Origin: the human T2T-CHM13v2.0 reference genome, Homo sapiens
NCBI RefSeq assembly: GCF_009914755.1
Contig: NC_060931.1
Length of the DNA: 64,000 bases
Direction: 5' to 3' (one strand)
Positions 49,016 to 64,000 of this stretch are shown here, in pieces; positions within the stretch are counted from its first letter, which is position 1; each line of letters starts with the position of its first letter. Under the pieces are notes generated by a model that made no database searches, was not told the DNA's origin, and worked only from the letters and a program-made list of their open reading frames with translations. Made by a program: the position numbers and the translations under genes.

Positions 49016-49461
49016 GGCAGGTTCTTATAAAACTAAATATACAACTCCCATACAGCACAGTAAGTGTACTCTTGGGCGTTTATCCCAGAGAAATGAAAAA
49101 AACTTATGTTTGCACAAATTGTTACAGCAGCCTTTTTTGTAATAGTCAAAGCTGCAAACAGTCCAGATGTCATTTAACAGGTGGGTTAAACAAACAGTAG
49201 TGCATACATATATCATACCTACATACCTTTTATTGCTGAGAATATTACTCAGCTATAAAAAGGAATGAACTATTGATACATGCAGCAATTTGAATGAACC
49301 TCAAGAAAATTATGCTGATGAAAAAGGCCAATCCCAAAAGCTTACAGACTGTATAATTCCATTTGTCATTCTTGAAATTACAAAATTATAGAAATGGATA
49401 ACAGATTAGGAATAGAAGGTATGGCAGGAGGGAGAAAAGTTGGTGTGGTTATAAAAGATCA

Positions 49462-49935
<474 letters not shown>

Positions 49936-50575
49936 CAAAAATTAAAATTTAAAAAGGTAGGTTTTATCAATGTCAGTGTCTTGGTTGTGACATTGTACTA
50001 TAGTTTTGCAGGATGCTACCATTGGAGAAAACTCAATAAAGGGTAAATGGGATTTCTCTATATTATTTCTTACAAATGTATGTGAATTTATAATTATCTC
50101 AAAATTTCAATTAAAAGAGACATTTATTAAAAAGGAAGTCCTGTCATTTGCAACAACCTAGATTAACCTGGAAGACATTGTGTTAAGTGAAATAAGCCAG
50201 ACACAGATATGGCATGATCTCACCTATATGTGGAATCTAAAAAACATGAACTCACAAAAGCAGAGAGTAGAACTTCTTCCAACCAGAAGTTGGAAGAATG
50301 TTGGCCAAAATGAAGTAGGAGGTGGGACTCAACTCTAGGCAGGGCTTGGATCAAATTGAGGACTAGCTAAAACAGGGACAGGGTGGAAGCAGCTTACCAT
50401 AAGACACACGCCTACCACAGTGCCATGTCAGTTTACCATTGCCACGGCAACACCTGGGAGTTACCACCCCTTTCCATGACAATGACCTGACAACCCAGAG
50501 GTTACCACCCCTTTCCTAGAAATTTCTGCATAATCTGCCCTTTAATTTACATATTCTAAAAAGCGGGTATAAACG

Positions 50576-51043
50576 CAGCATGTTCTCATTCGTAAGTGGG
50601 AGTTGAACAATGAGAACACATGGACACAGGGAGGGGAACATAACACACCAGGGCCTGTCATTGGGTGGGGGACTAGGGGAGCGATAGCATTAGGAGAAAT
50701 ACCTAATGTAGATGACAGGTTGATGGGTGCAGCAAACCACCATGGCACGTGTATACCTATGTAACAAACCTGCATGTTCTGCACATGTACCCCAGAACTT
50801 AAAGTGTAATTAAAAAAAAAAAAAAAGAAAGAAAGAACAAGTAGGGGAATAGGGGAAGGGAGACAAGAAAGGAAAAATGAGCAGATTATGAGTGTGAGCA
50901 ACTGGGGCTCAATCCCACTGGGGGCCTCTGGGAGACAGTGAAGAACATGACTCAGAGTTCTCCCACGTGAGGGGTGAGGGTGCTGGATTATTTATTATAA
51001 TAAAGTTACAGGGAACAGAGAAAAAATTAAAAAATTAAAAATT
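50576..51043 (+). mobile_element. 5'-truncated L1PA (L1PA5/6-like) with 3' transduction
   Basis: L1 3' UTR, A tract, ~180 bp non-L1 sequence, AATAAA and a second A tract; TSD at 50559-50575 and 51044-51060. Confidence 0.88.
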
Positions 51044-51134
51044 AAAAGTGGGTATAAATGAGTGCAGAACTGCCTCTGAACTGCTACTCTGGGCACACTG
51101 ACTGTGGGGTAGCCCTGTTGTGCAAAGAACAGTA

Positions 51135-51164
51135 CCGCTGCTGCTGCCGCCGCCGCCGCCGCCG
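51135..51164. repeat. CCG(CTG)3(CCG)6 trinucleotide repeat
   Basis: Read directly. Confidence 0.95.
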
Positions 51165-51352
51165 CACACTGCTGCTTCAATAAAAGTTGCTAGCAGTACC
51201 AGCTCATCCTTGAATTCTTTCCTGCACTTTCACCAGACAGTTTCTTATGCTGTCAACAATAGCCACAGGAACAAAGCCTAAAGGAAACTGGACTTAGCCA
51301 AAAATAATTCTGTCTGCAAGCTTATCGTCATTCAGTTAAAAGTTTAATATCC

Positions 51353-51678
<326 letters not shown>

Positions 51679-52759
51679 CTAAAGAACAGCAGCCTAGTGA
51701 TACATGTAGATCAGCCTCTAACAACATGTGCTTTTGGTCACAGTATCAGGCAGTCACAATGAAAGAAATCAACTGCTTATCCTACTCTTGGTACTCTCAG
51801 AGCTGCACAAATCCCACAAAACCACTGGGCCCAAGGACCTGTAACACCTAGGCATGAGGCAAGAAGAATGGAACATATCACAGATCTATTGCATCTCTTA
51901 AGTCAGCATAAATTTTCAAAGGACACAATGGAGCCTGATGAAAGGGTAAATATGGCATTCTTAAGAGCCAGTGACTGTCTCCAAAAAAAAATATATTTGC
52001 TAACATTTAGCCAATTTATTCTTTACCATTAACTAGCCCCTCCCTGCACAAAACCCTGGTCCATTCCAAGACATTCATTATCAGACAATTTCACCCAACT
52101 GCTATCATGCTGCAGTTTGTTGCAAAAAGATGTACTGAAATGGCATCAACTCTCCTCCATTCTCATGATCAGATGAAATTTCCAGAGTGTAAGAAGCTAT
52201 TCTCTGTATACAGAAAAGCTTTCATTATAATGAACTTGTGTTGACACTTTTTAAGGGGGAGAGGTAGCTGACAAAATTCATACATTAAATCAGAGCCTAA
52301 AGTATGGCATGAGAGGAGACTCCCAAACCCTGCTGTGTATTGTATCACAACACTGACATCTGTTGGCTACAAGTGTACTGAATCCTTCTTGTGTCCTGTC
52401 CCTTCTTTCTCTGCAGCTTTCATAGCTCCTTCTAAATCAAATCTCCTACTGACCCTAAACCATTTAATGTGTGTTATGTCCTTCATTCCTAAAAGATTAC
52501 AAACTCATATTCATGGTTTCTCATGTTAGCCTTTCACTCTCTTAGGAAATAAGATTTTATGCCATGTTAATTATTTTCTAAACCAAAATCAAACACCCAT
52601 ATATGCAACAGCCCCATTAACTCAGGCACAAGCTACACAAATGAGAACTGTCATTTTACTGATAGAATTATAAAAGGTAACCTATGAGAAAGATTACACA
52701 CACATGTTTTTTGAAACATCACATGTTCCCATGTAAATACTTCCTGCCATTCATGCTAC

Positions 52760-54330
52760 TGACTACTTTCTCCTCCTTGGCTCTCCTCTAATTCTCCTAT
52801 CTTTACCCCATCCTCCACGAAGTGTTCTCCTCTCTGTGATCTTACACTCCTTTTTTTCCTCTGCCTACTAACTCTGGGGATGCTGAAAAACCCCCTGTCC
52901 AGCCCTTCAGAGGTTCCCTTCCAACACTTAGTATCTAGAAGACTGCGTCTAAGCATATGGTTTAATTCGCAATATAATCTGAATGCACAAATCAATACCT
53001 GCAGTCCTGACCTTCCCTTCTCTCTCCTAGTCAATATCTCCTGATGATTCAATGGCTTAGAATAGGAGGATTGCCTTCACAGTCCCTTCTTTGATGCGAT
53101 AATTTTATACCCTATCAATATCTATTGCTTTAACGGCTAAAAATTAAGAATTGTCTCCCTACTGAATCATCGCCCCTTTCCAACTCCCCTATTTCATCAA
53201 ATGCAGCATAACCTTCCCAGCCTTGTCATGGATACTGAGGCTGGCTCCTCTCTTCCCCTGTACCCCTTCCTACAGTAAGAGTTCTAATCTCAAATCCCAC
53301 TGCTTTTCACCTAGACAGAAATAATGGAGTGCTTATCTTCTTTCAAGAAACCAATCACGATGTACTGATGACTCCCAAATCCCCATCTCCACCCCAGACC
53401 TCTCACCTAACCGTCAGACCTACATAATCCAAACAGTTATTGGTCATCCTCTCTTGGATAACTTCAGGATATTTGAAATTCTACATATGCAGAATCAAAT
53501 TTCTATTCTCCCCTTTCCCCTCCACACCTGCCTCCCTACCCCCCACACCTCCCCGATTCTTTATCTCTGTAAATGGAAGGACCAGTGATTTATTATCCAA
53601 GCTGGAAACCTGGGAGTCATCCACAACTCCTGCCTGTCCTTCAGATATCATATCCAATCAATCACAGAAGTTTAATGTGCCTGTTGATTCTGGCTCCTGA
53701 GTAACTTTATTTCATTCATGGCTCACCAACCCAACGGTGGCAGAGACTGCTGTCTGACCATCCAAGATTTGTGCTCCTCTTCTGTAGTATGGAATTGTTA
53801 CATGGAAACCACTAGTGTCTGGGGTGGAGAAGGGAGCATATGAGTAGTTCTTGCTCATGGAGTGTAGCTGATGTTACTTGTACTATTTAGCACTAAAGAA
53901 GCAGATGGGCCTTCCTCAGGCTGTTTCTTCATCTACCAGCTGAATGGAGCAGACTCTCAAGTCTCAGAGGACCACAGGGCCATGAAATAGAAGAAGCCTG
54001 GGTCTGTGACTGAGTACTTAGAAGGCCATCTATAGGGAATACCCATGTTGGGCTGTGACACAGCATAAAACAAACTTTATCATGTCAAGCCATGGAGAAA
54101 GTTGGGCTTACCTGTTACAGTGCCTACAGCACTCTGACACTACCTAGTTCAGGCCACTATCATTCTCCCCCAGACAATTGCAGGTGGTCCCAGTTGATCT
54201 CTGTGCCTTTGGTCCTTATCTATGTCCTCCTCTAGACTGTAAATTCTAGGAAGGCAGAGGCTGGATCTGCCTTGTTCACAGTGTACCCCCATCATGCAGC
54301 ACAGAGGCTAATACGCAATAAAAATAACCA
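52760..54330 (+). mobile_element. L2 fragments, split by an MLT1J-like LTR
   Basis: ctgatgactcccaaatccccatctccaccccagacctctc; ctagactgtaaattctaggaaggcagagg. Confidence 0.7.
53735..54140 (+). mobile_element. MLT1J-like LTR
   Basis: ggtggcagagactgct...gaagaagcctgggtctgtgactga...aaactttatcatgtcaagcca. Confidence 0.65.
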
Positions 54331-54421
54331 GGATCTTTCTTCCCAATTACTCCCTAGCTCGTACCCTCCACTCTTGGATTTTACTACCTAATGTTTCTCT
54401 CCCTATCTCTTACCCCAACAG

Positions 54422-54457
54422 ACACACACACGCACACACATGCACACACACACACAT
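54422..54457. repeat. Imperfect (CA)n microsatellite
   Basis: Read directly. Confidence 0.9.
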
Positions 54458-57300
54458 TCATGGCGGGTTGACTCGAGCCCTCCTTCTACTCCCAGTTGCT
54501 GGTGATTCCCTCACATCCCGCCCCCTCTCATTCCTTCCTATCAAGGCCCATAAATTTTTCCCTGACTTCATCCAAAACTGATTATTCTAACACTGAGTTA
54601 TCCCATTGCCTTATGTACCTTGTCCTAGGCTTCTCCTTACATTTAAGATAAGTCCTTTGTGCCTGGTGTGTGTTCTTTCCTCCCTCACTGTATTACACAC
54701 TCACGGAGGAAAGCATCAAGGTTCACTCTTTACAGAGCTCTTCTGTGAATGCTCAATAAATGTCACCCACTGAATCCAATACTTTGCTTTGTGTACTATT
54801 CTATCTGGCATCTTCTGGAGTACCTTTTCTTAAAATACTTCAATGTGAGGGATTTTAGTGGAAATTATACATAAATATAAAATGAAACACAGTATTTACA
54901 AAGAAAGGGATCTTTCTATTATCTCCTTTGTGGCTATGTAGTTTTCCACAAAGGTGAAATCGATTGTTAGAGCATGAAATAAGCAATTAGGTATACCGTA
55001 TAATTATTAACAGTTAATAATAATTAATATTAATGACAATTAATAATAGTAATTGAATGTCTATTAAATCAGTGTCTAGCACATAGTAAATACTCAAAAA
55101 CATCTCATTTAATTCCAACAACAACCCTGTAAAATGGTCTTCCTTCTGGCCTGAATTTTATCTGCCTTTTCCCGGGATTGCTTTCTTGAAAGAGCTGGTC
55201 ACTGAGGAAGGGGGCTGCACTTGAGACATCTGAAAGGCTCACTGCCTAGGGCTTCCCAAGGTAAGAGTATGCCAGAAAACAGCTGAAGAAGAGGCACCTG
55301 GGATCAGCCTCAGAGAAGATGCATCCGTCTTTGTAGGGTAGCTGCTGGGGCAGCAAGGAAATCCTGGTAGTGTGAGACCTATTCCTAATACCGCCATCAT
55401 CATCACCACTGCCATCCACCCAGTCCCTGTGCTCCACTCGTCACACAACTCTATACACCAGTGTCTGACATTTGGTCTTCCCAATGGTTATGGGTCATCT
55501 TAACCAAACAGAAGCTGTGCACCCCACATTCCTGGGATGTCGACACACAGGCCAGCCCAGGACCAAAATGTCTTCAAACTATTCAATTTAGCCCTCCTCA
55601 AAGAGATGTAACCTAGCTCTCAAGTAAATTTGTTAAAGCTTTCAGGCATGCCTCACCCTGTTTTTGAAAAATTATTTTTCATTTATGTGCTGTACATTAT
55701 TACTTTGTGTGCAGGCATTATCTATATTGTACTGCACAAAAATAATTGATTACTCATGAGTGACAGAATAATTGGCACTACCCTGGTTATTCAGCTATTT
55801 TTATGCATTATAATTATCAGCTTCACTACACTAGACAGAATTTAATGTTCTTGAAAATTAATATTGTCTAAGGACTTGATACAAAAGAATGTAATGTTCT
55901 TAAATTAAAAACTTGTCACACACTGATAGAGTCTCAGATTGTTGGGTATTTATCAACATTTTGTTTTAATCATTTCAAACCCTTTATCAAATCGCAGAGC
56001 TTGTAGTCCAAACCAATTCAGTACAACTGAATTCTAGTAAGTTTACAATCTGAATTAGTGTTTGCAATGGTAATATTACATGTTTACAGCTGTACATGTA
56101 TTGAAGACCTAGAATCTTTTGCCTACTGACCTGCATTATGACTGTGAGTTTCTTGAAACCAAAAAAAAAAAAAATGGATGGGGGGGGTTATTTATATAAG
56201 AGCCCAAGTGCTTCATGTGCTAAGGCTGCATGAAATATATTAAATAAGCAGAATAATGTACAACTATAATGCCTAAAAGCTAGAAGAAATTCTATCCTCT
56301 GCACTGTGGTCTAGCTGTCATGCAAGAGAGAGACCTTTCCAGGATAAAGGCATGGTATGGAGCTGGACCTGGCTCTTAGTATCATTCTACCCATGGTGGC
56401 AGGACCCAAATAGGATATCTGTAACTATGCTTTTGACTGTATAAAGGGAACCCTCCTTTAAAATGCCAAAATGCTAATTACTCATGAAACTTGGTTTTCT
56501 TTTCACCACTGTGTATAATTCCTTTGTTTATTCCAGTCTCTGTCTTTCCTCTTGTATTGTCTACCTTTGTATTTTCAACAGCACAGGAATGTTTACATGT
56601 TTGTCATCGAGTGCCACTCACCAGGATGGGCCCACAGTCCCCCACTCCCTATTGCTCACCCCCTTGTTGCCTCCCAAACCATGTGCACTGCCATCTGCAT
56701 GACAGGAATGACTATCCATTTCTCTTCTTTTTCATTTTACCTCATCCTTCCCTCCCAATCCCTTCTATCCTTTTTTTTCTCAGCAGTTGGTCAAAATATA
56801 GAACTACAGCACTTCACTAAAGGGCATCCAAATAGGAAGAGAAGAAATCAAACTACCCCTGTTTGCAGATGACATTATTCTATATCTAGAAAACACCATG
56901 GTCTAAGCCCAAAAGCTCCTTCAGCTGACAAACAACTTCAGTAAAGGTGCAGGATACAAAAATCTATGTACAAAAATCACTAGCATTCCTGTACACCAAC
57001 AACAGCCAAGCCGAGAGCCAAATCACAATCCCATTCACAATTGCCACAACCTAGGAATACAGCTAAGCAGGGAGGTGAAAGATCTCTACAAGAAGAGCTA
57101 CCAAACTTACTGCTCAAAGAAATCAGAGATGACACAAACGCATGGAAAAACACTCCATGCTCATGGATAGAAAGAATCAATATCATTAAAATGGCCATAC
57201 TGCCCAAAGCAATTTACAGATTCAATGCTATTCCTATCAAACTACCAACGACATTCTTCACAGAACTAGAAAAAAATTATTTTAAAATTTAGATGGAACC

Positions 57301-57655
<355 letters not shown>

Positions 57656-58139
57656 CTAAGCAAAAAGAACAAAGCTGCAGGAATCATGTTACCTGACTTC
57701 AAACTACACTACAGGGCCACAGTCACCAAAGCAGCATGGTACTGCTACAAAAACAGACAAATAGACCAAAAGAACGGAATAGAGAGCCCAGAAATAAGGC
57801 CGCACATCTACAGCCATCTGATCTTCAACAAAGCTGACAAAAACAAGCAATGGGGAAAAGACTCCTGTGCTGGGACAACTGACTAGCCATATGCAGAAGA
57901 TTGAAACTGGACCCCTTCCTTGCACCAGATGCAAAAATCAACTCAAGACGGGTTAATGACTTAAATGTAAAACCCAAAACTATTAAAACTCTGGAAGACA
58001 AACTAGGCAATACATCCTGGACTTAGGAACTGGTAATGATTTCTTGACAAAGATGCCAAAAGCAATCACAACAAAAGCAAAAATTGACAAGTAAGATCTA
58101 ATTAACCTTAAGAGCTTCTGCACAGAAAAAGAAACTATC

Positions 58140-59883
58140 CTTTGGGTATATACCCAGTAATGGGATTGCTGGGTCATATGGTATTTCTGGTTCTAGATCC
58201 TTGAGGAATGGCCACACTGTCTTCCACAATGGTTGAACTAATTTACACTCCCAACAGTGTGAAAGTGTTCCTATTTCTCCACATCCTCTCCAGCATCTAT
58301 TGTTTCCTGACTTTTTAATGATCACCATTCTAACTGGCGTGAGATGGTATCTCATTGTGGATTTGATTTGCATTCCTCTAATGACCAGTGATGATGAGCT
58401 TTTTTTCATATGTTTGTTGGCCACATAAATGTCTTCTTTTGAGAAGTGTCTGTTCATATCCTTCGCCCACTTTTTGATGGGGTTTTTTTTTTCTTGTAAA
58501 TTTGTTTAAATTCCTTGTAGATTCTGGATATTAGCCCTTCGTCAGATGGATAGATTGCAAACATTTTCTCCCATTCTGTAGGTTGCCTGTTCACTCTGAT
58601 GATAGTTTCTTTTGCTGTGCAGAAGCTCTTTAGTTTAATTAGATCCCATTTGTCAATTTTGGCTTTTGTTGCCATTGCTTTTGGTGTTTTAGTCATGAAG
58701 TCTTTGCCCATGCCTATGTCCTGAATGGTATTGCCTAGGTTTCCTTCTTGGGTTTTTATGGTTTTAGGTCTTACATTTAAGTCATTAATCCATCTTGAGT
58801 TAATTTTTGTATAAGTGTAAGGAAGGGGTCCAGTTTCAGTTTTCTGCATATGGCTAGCCAGTTTTCCCAATACCACTTATTAAATATGGAATCCTTTCCC
58901 CATTGCTTGTTTTTGTCAGGTTTGTCAAAGATCAGATGGTGTAGATGTGTGGCATTATTTCTGAGGCCTCTGTTCTGTTCCATTGGTCTATATGTCTGTT
59001 TTGGTACCAGTACCATGCTGTTTTGGTTACTGTAGCCTGGTAGCATAGTTTGAAGTCAGGTAGCATGATGCCCCCAGCTTTGCTCTTTTTGCTTAAAATT
59101 GTCTTGGCTGTATGAGCTCTTCTTTCATTCCATGTGAAATTTAAAGTAGTTTTTTCTAATTTGGTGAAGAAAATCAATGGTAGCTTGATGGGGATAGCAT
59201 TGGATCTATAAATTACTTTGGGCAGTATGGCCACTTTCACGATATTAATTCTTCCTATCCATGAGCACAGAATGTTTTTCCATTTGTTTGTGTCCTCTCT
59301 TATTTCCTTGAGCAGTGGTGTGTAATTCTCCTTGAAGAGGTCCTTCACATCCCTTGTAAGTTTTATTCCTGGGTATATACCCAAAGGATTTATAAATCAT
59401 TCTACTATTCTGACACATGCACACATATGTTTATTGCAGCACTATTCACAATAGCAAAGACTTGGAGCCAACCCAAATGCCCATCAATTATACACTGGAT
59501 AAAGAAAATGTGGCACATATACAGCATGGAATACTATGCAGCCATAAAAAAGAGTGAGTTCATGTCCTTTGCAGGGACATGGATGAAGCTGGAAAGTGTC
59601 ATTCTCAGCAAACTAACACAGGAACAGGAAACCAAACACCACATGTTCTCACTCGTAAGTAGGAGTTGAACAATGAGAACACATGGACACAGGCAGGGGA
59701 ACATCACACACCAGGGCCTGTCAGAGGGGTGGGGGGCTAGGGGAGGGATAGCATTAGGAGAAATACCTAATGTAGATGACAGGTTGATGGGTGCAGCAAA
59801 CCACCATGGCACGTGTATACCTATGTAATAAACCTGCACCTTCTGCACATGTATCCCAGAACTTAAAGTATAATTAAAAAAAA
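58140..59883 (+). mobile_element. L1PA (L1PA5/6-like) with 5' inversion (58140-59369 antisense, 59370-59883 sense)
   Basis: TSD aaaaagaaactatc at 58126-58139 and 59884-59897. Confidence 0.93.
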
Positions 59884-60977
59884 AAAAAGAAACTATCAAC
59901 AGAGTAAACAGACAGCCTACAGAATGGGAGAAAATATTCACAAACTATACATCTGACAAAGGTCTAATATCCAGCATCTATAAGGAACTTAAACAAATTT
60001 ACAAGATAAAAATAAACAACCCCATTAAAAAGTGTGCAAAGAACATGAACAGACACTTTTCAAAAGAACACATTCAACTAAAAAGCATATGAAAAAAATT
60101 TCAGTATCACTTGTCATTAGAGAAATGTAAATCAAAACCACAATGAGATACCATCTCATACCAGGCAGAATAACTATTAATAAAAAGTCAAAAAATAACA
60201 GATGCTGGCAAGGTTGCAGAGAAAGGGAACACTTACATTCTATTGGTGGAAATGTAAATTAGTTCAACCATTGTGGAAAGCAGTGTGGTGATTTCTCAAA
60301 GAGCTAAAAACGGAGCTACCATTCGACCCAGCAATCCCATTACTGGGTATATACCAAAGGTATATAAGTGATTCTGTCATAAAGACACATCCACGCATAT
60401 GTTCTTTGCAGCACTATTCACAATAGCAAAGACATGGAATCAACCTAAATGCCCATCAATGGCAGACTGGATAAAGAAAACGTACATATATACTCTGGAA
60501 TACTACATAGCCATAAAAAATAATGAGATCATGTCCTTTCAGGAACATGGAACATGGAGCTGGAGGCCATCATCCTTAGCAAACTAACACAGGAACAGAA
60601 AACCAAATACCACATGCTCTCATTTATAAGTGGGAGCTAAATGATGAAAATACATGGATAAATGAGAGAAACAACAGACACTGGGGCCTACTTGAGGGTG
60701 GAGGGTGGGAGGAGGGAGAGGAACAGGAAAAACAACTATTGGTTATGAGGCTTAGTACCTGGGTGACGAGATAATCTGTACCATAAGCCCCTGTGACACA
60801 AGTTTACCTATACGACAAACCTGCAAGTGTACCCCTGAACCTAACATAAAAGTTAAAAGAATAATAATAAAGTACTTAATACTTAAGTACTCAGTTATTT
60901 AAATTGCCTGTTCCTAATGCAAGAACTAGATTGGTGGACTCTTTCTTTTTTCAATCTTATCTTATTTTAAATGATAA

Positions 60978-61685
60978 TTAGGTTGATTCCATATCTCTGC
61001 TATTGTGAGTAGTGCTGCAATGAATATACGAGTTTGTGTGTCTTTTTGGTAGGACAATTTATTTTCCTTTGGGTATATATCCAGTAATGGAATTACTGGG
61101 TCAAATGGATGTTCTGTTTCAAGCTCTTTGAGAAATTTCCAAACTGCTTTCTATAGTAGCTGAACTAATTTACATTCCCACCAACAGTGTATAAGCATTC
61201 CCTTTTCTCTGCAACCTCATCAACAGCTGTTTTTTTTTTCACTTTTTAATGGCCATTCTGACTTGCCCATCAATGGTGGAGTGGATAAAGAAAATGTGGT
61301 CCATATGTACCATGGACTACTACATAGCCATAAAAAAGAATAAAAGCATGTCCTTTGCAGCAACATGGATGCACCTGGAGGCCATTATCCTAAGCCAATT
61401 AATACAGAAACAGAAGAACAAATACCACATGTTCTCATTTATAAGTGGGAGCTAAACATTGAGTACACACAGACATAAAGATGGCAACAATACACACTGG
61501 GGACTACTGGAGGGGGGAGAGGGGAGGGGGCTGAGTGTTGAAAAACTATCTATTGGGTGCTCTGCTCACTATGAGGGTAACGGGATCATTCATATACCAA
61601 ACCTCGGCAACAATTTATTCATGTAACAAACCTGCCCATGTACACCCTGAACCAAAAATAAAAGTTGAAAAAATAAAATAAAATA
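60978..61685 (+). mobile_element. L1PA15/16-like element with 5' inversion (60978-61263 antisense)
   Basis: Antisense ORF2 end joined to sense tgcccatcaatgg...3' UTR and A tail. Confidence 0.85.
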
Positions 61686-61962
61686 ATTTGAAAAAAATGA
61701 GTCTTTTGTAGGAAAACATAATAAAATGATAAAGTTACATTTTATTTCTGTGGCTTCTGAATTTCTTTTTTCTTCCCTGTGAATTAGCAAAAGCTCCTTG
61801 ATAGAAATTATTTCCCACCCCAACATAACGGTTTAATAGAAGTGAATCAAAGAATCAGAACATTTACTATTATTGGCTTTAGAAAAATTACAGTTAAAAA
61901 AGACAAAGCTAGGATCAATCATAAATTTGGAGTCAAAATTCTATCTTTTGAACATCAGATTA

Positions 61963-63580
<1,618 letters not shown>

Positions 63581-63869
63581 CTCTGCAAATGCTTGTCGAT
63601 AGGAAGAGGATTGTGTTCTAATCAGTGAAGGAGTCTCCAGAAAGAGATGGGAGTGGGGCTCCTAACCCCTGGAGGGGTTAGAATTTCATTCCTCTCAGGG
63701 CACCAGGTTCTTGACTCTGGCCTTCCCCTCTCTTTCTCTTTTTAATTCAAAAAATCAGCGCTGTGTTGATGTTACTTTAGGTAAATTAACTTCTTCTGAC
63801 CTCAGTTTTCTTTTCTGAAGTATTCACCCAGGGGAGTCGTAACCTAGATATTAAGCACACACAATGGAC

Positions 63870-64000
63870 TCAGCAGGGCTACTATTTTAATCTCAGCTCA
63901 TCCAGCTGGGAGACTCTGGTCATGTTATTTAACCTTGCCAGCCTCACTTATGCTCACTGTAAAGTGACGGATAATTATACCCACCTCACACATTGTAGAG
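63870..64000 (+). mobile_element. MIR fragment
   Basis: ttatttaaccttgccagcctcacttatgctcactgtaaagtgacggataat...cacctcaca. Confidence 0.6.

Larger units (their letters stand above)
50311..51224 (+). mobile_element. ERV1-class LTR (LTR19-like), 3'-truncated, split by an L1 insertion
   Basis: tgaagtaggaggtgggactc...aattgaggactagctaaaacaggg...ccatgtcagtttaccattgccacggcaac; TATA box; AATAAA at 51179. Confidence 0.75.

Noticed and set aside
50995-51180. Poly-alanine ORF
   Set aside because: Translation of the CCG/CTG microsatellite within an LTR.

Overview
Primate genomic DNA, most likely human: it carries AluJ/S/Y, L1PA, THE1 and LTR19-like elements. The window is AT-rich, CpG-poor and mostly interspersed repeats. 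I found no convincing protein-coding exon, RNA gene or CpG island, and nearly all listed ORFs are Alu/L1/LTR fragments or chance frames. L1s, Alus and LTRs lie mostly on the + strand, consistent with an intron of a minus-strand gene (inference; the host gene is not identified). The interest lies in insertion mechanics. (1) 7550-8015 is a TSD-bounded, polyadenylated retrocopy of a transcript 3' end whose Alu carries an excess of A>G changes, possibly a fossil of an ADAR-edited RNA. (2) An L1 with a 3' transduction sits in, and duplicates, the TATA box of an LTR19-like LTR. (3) Three L1s show twin-priming 5' inversions. (4) A 74-bp near-perfect AT-rich palindrome sits inside an L1 ORF2. (5) Several small templated or hairpin insertions occur. 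Subfamily names come from recalled consensus features and are tentative. Boundaries of old repeats are approximate. I see no evidence of a new gene system.
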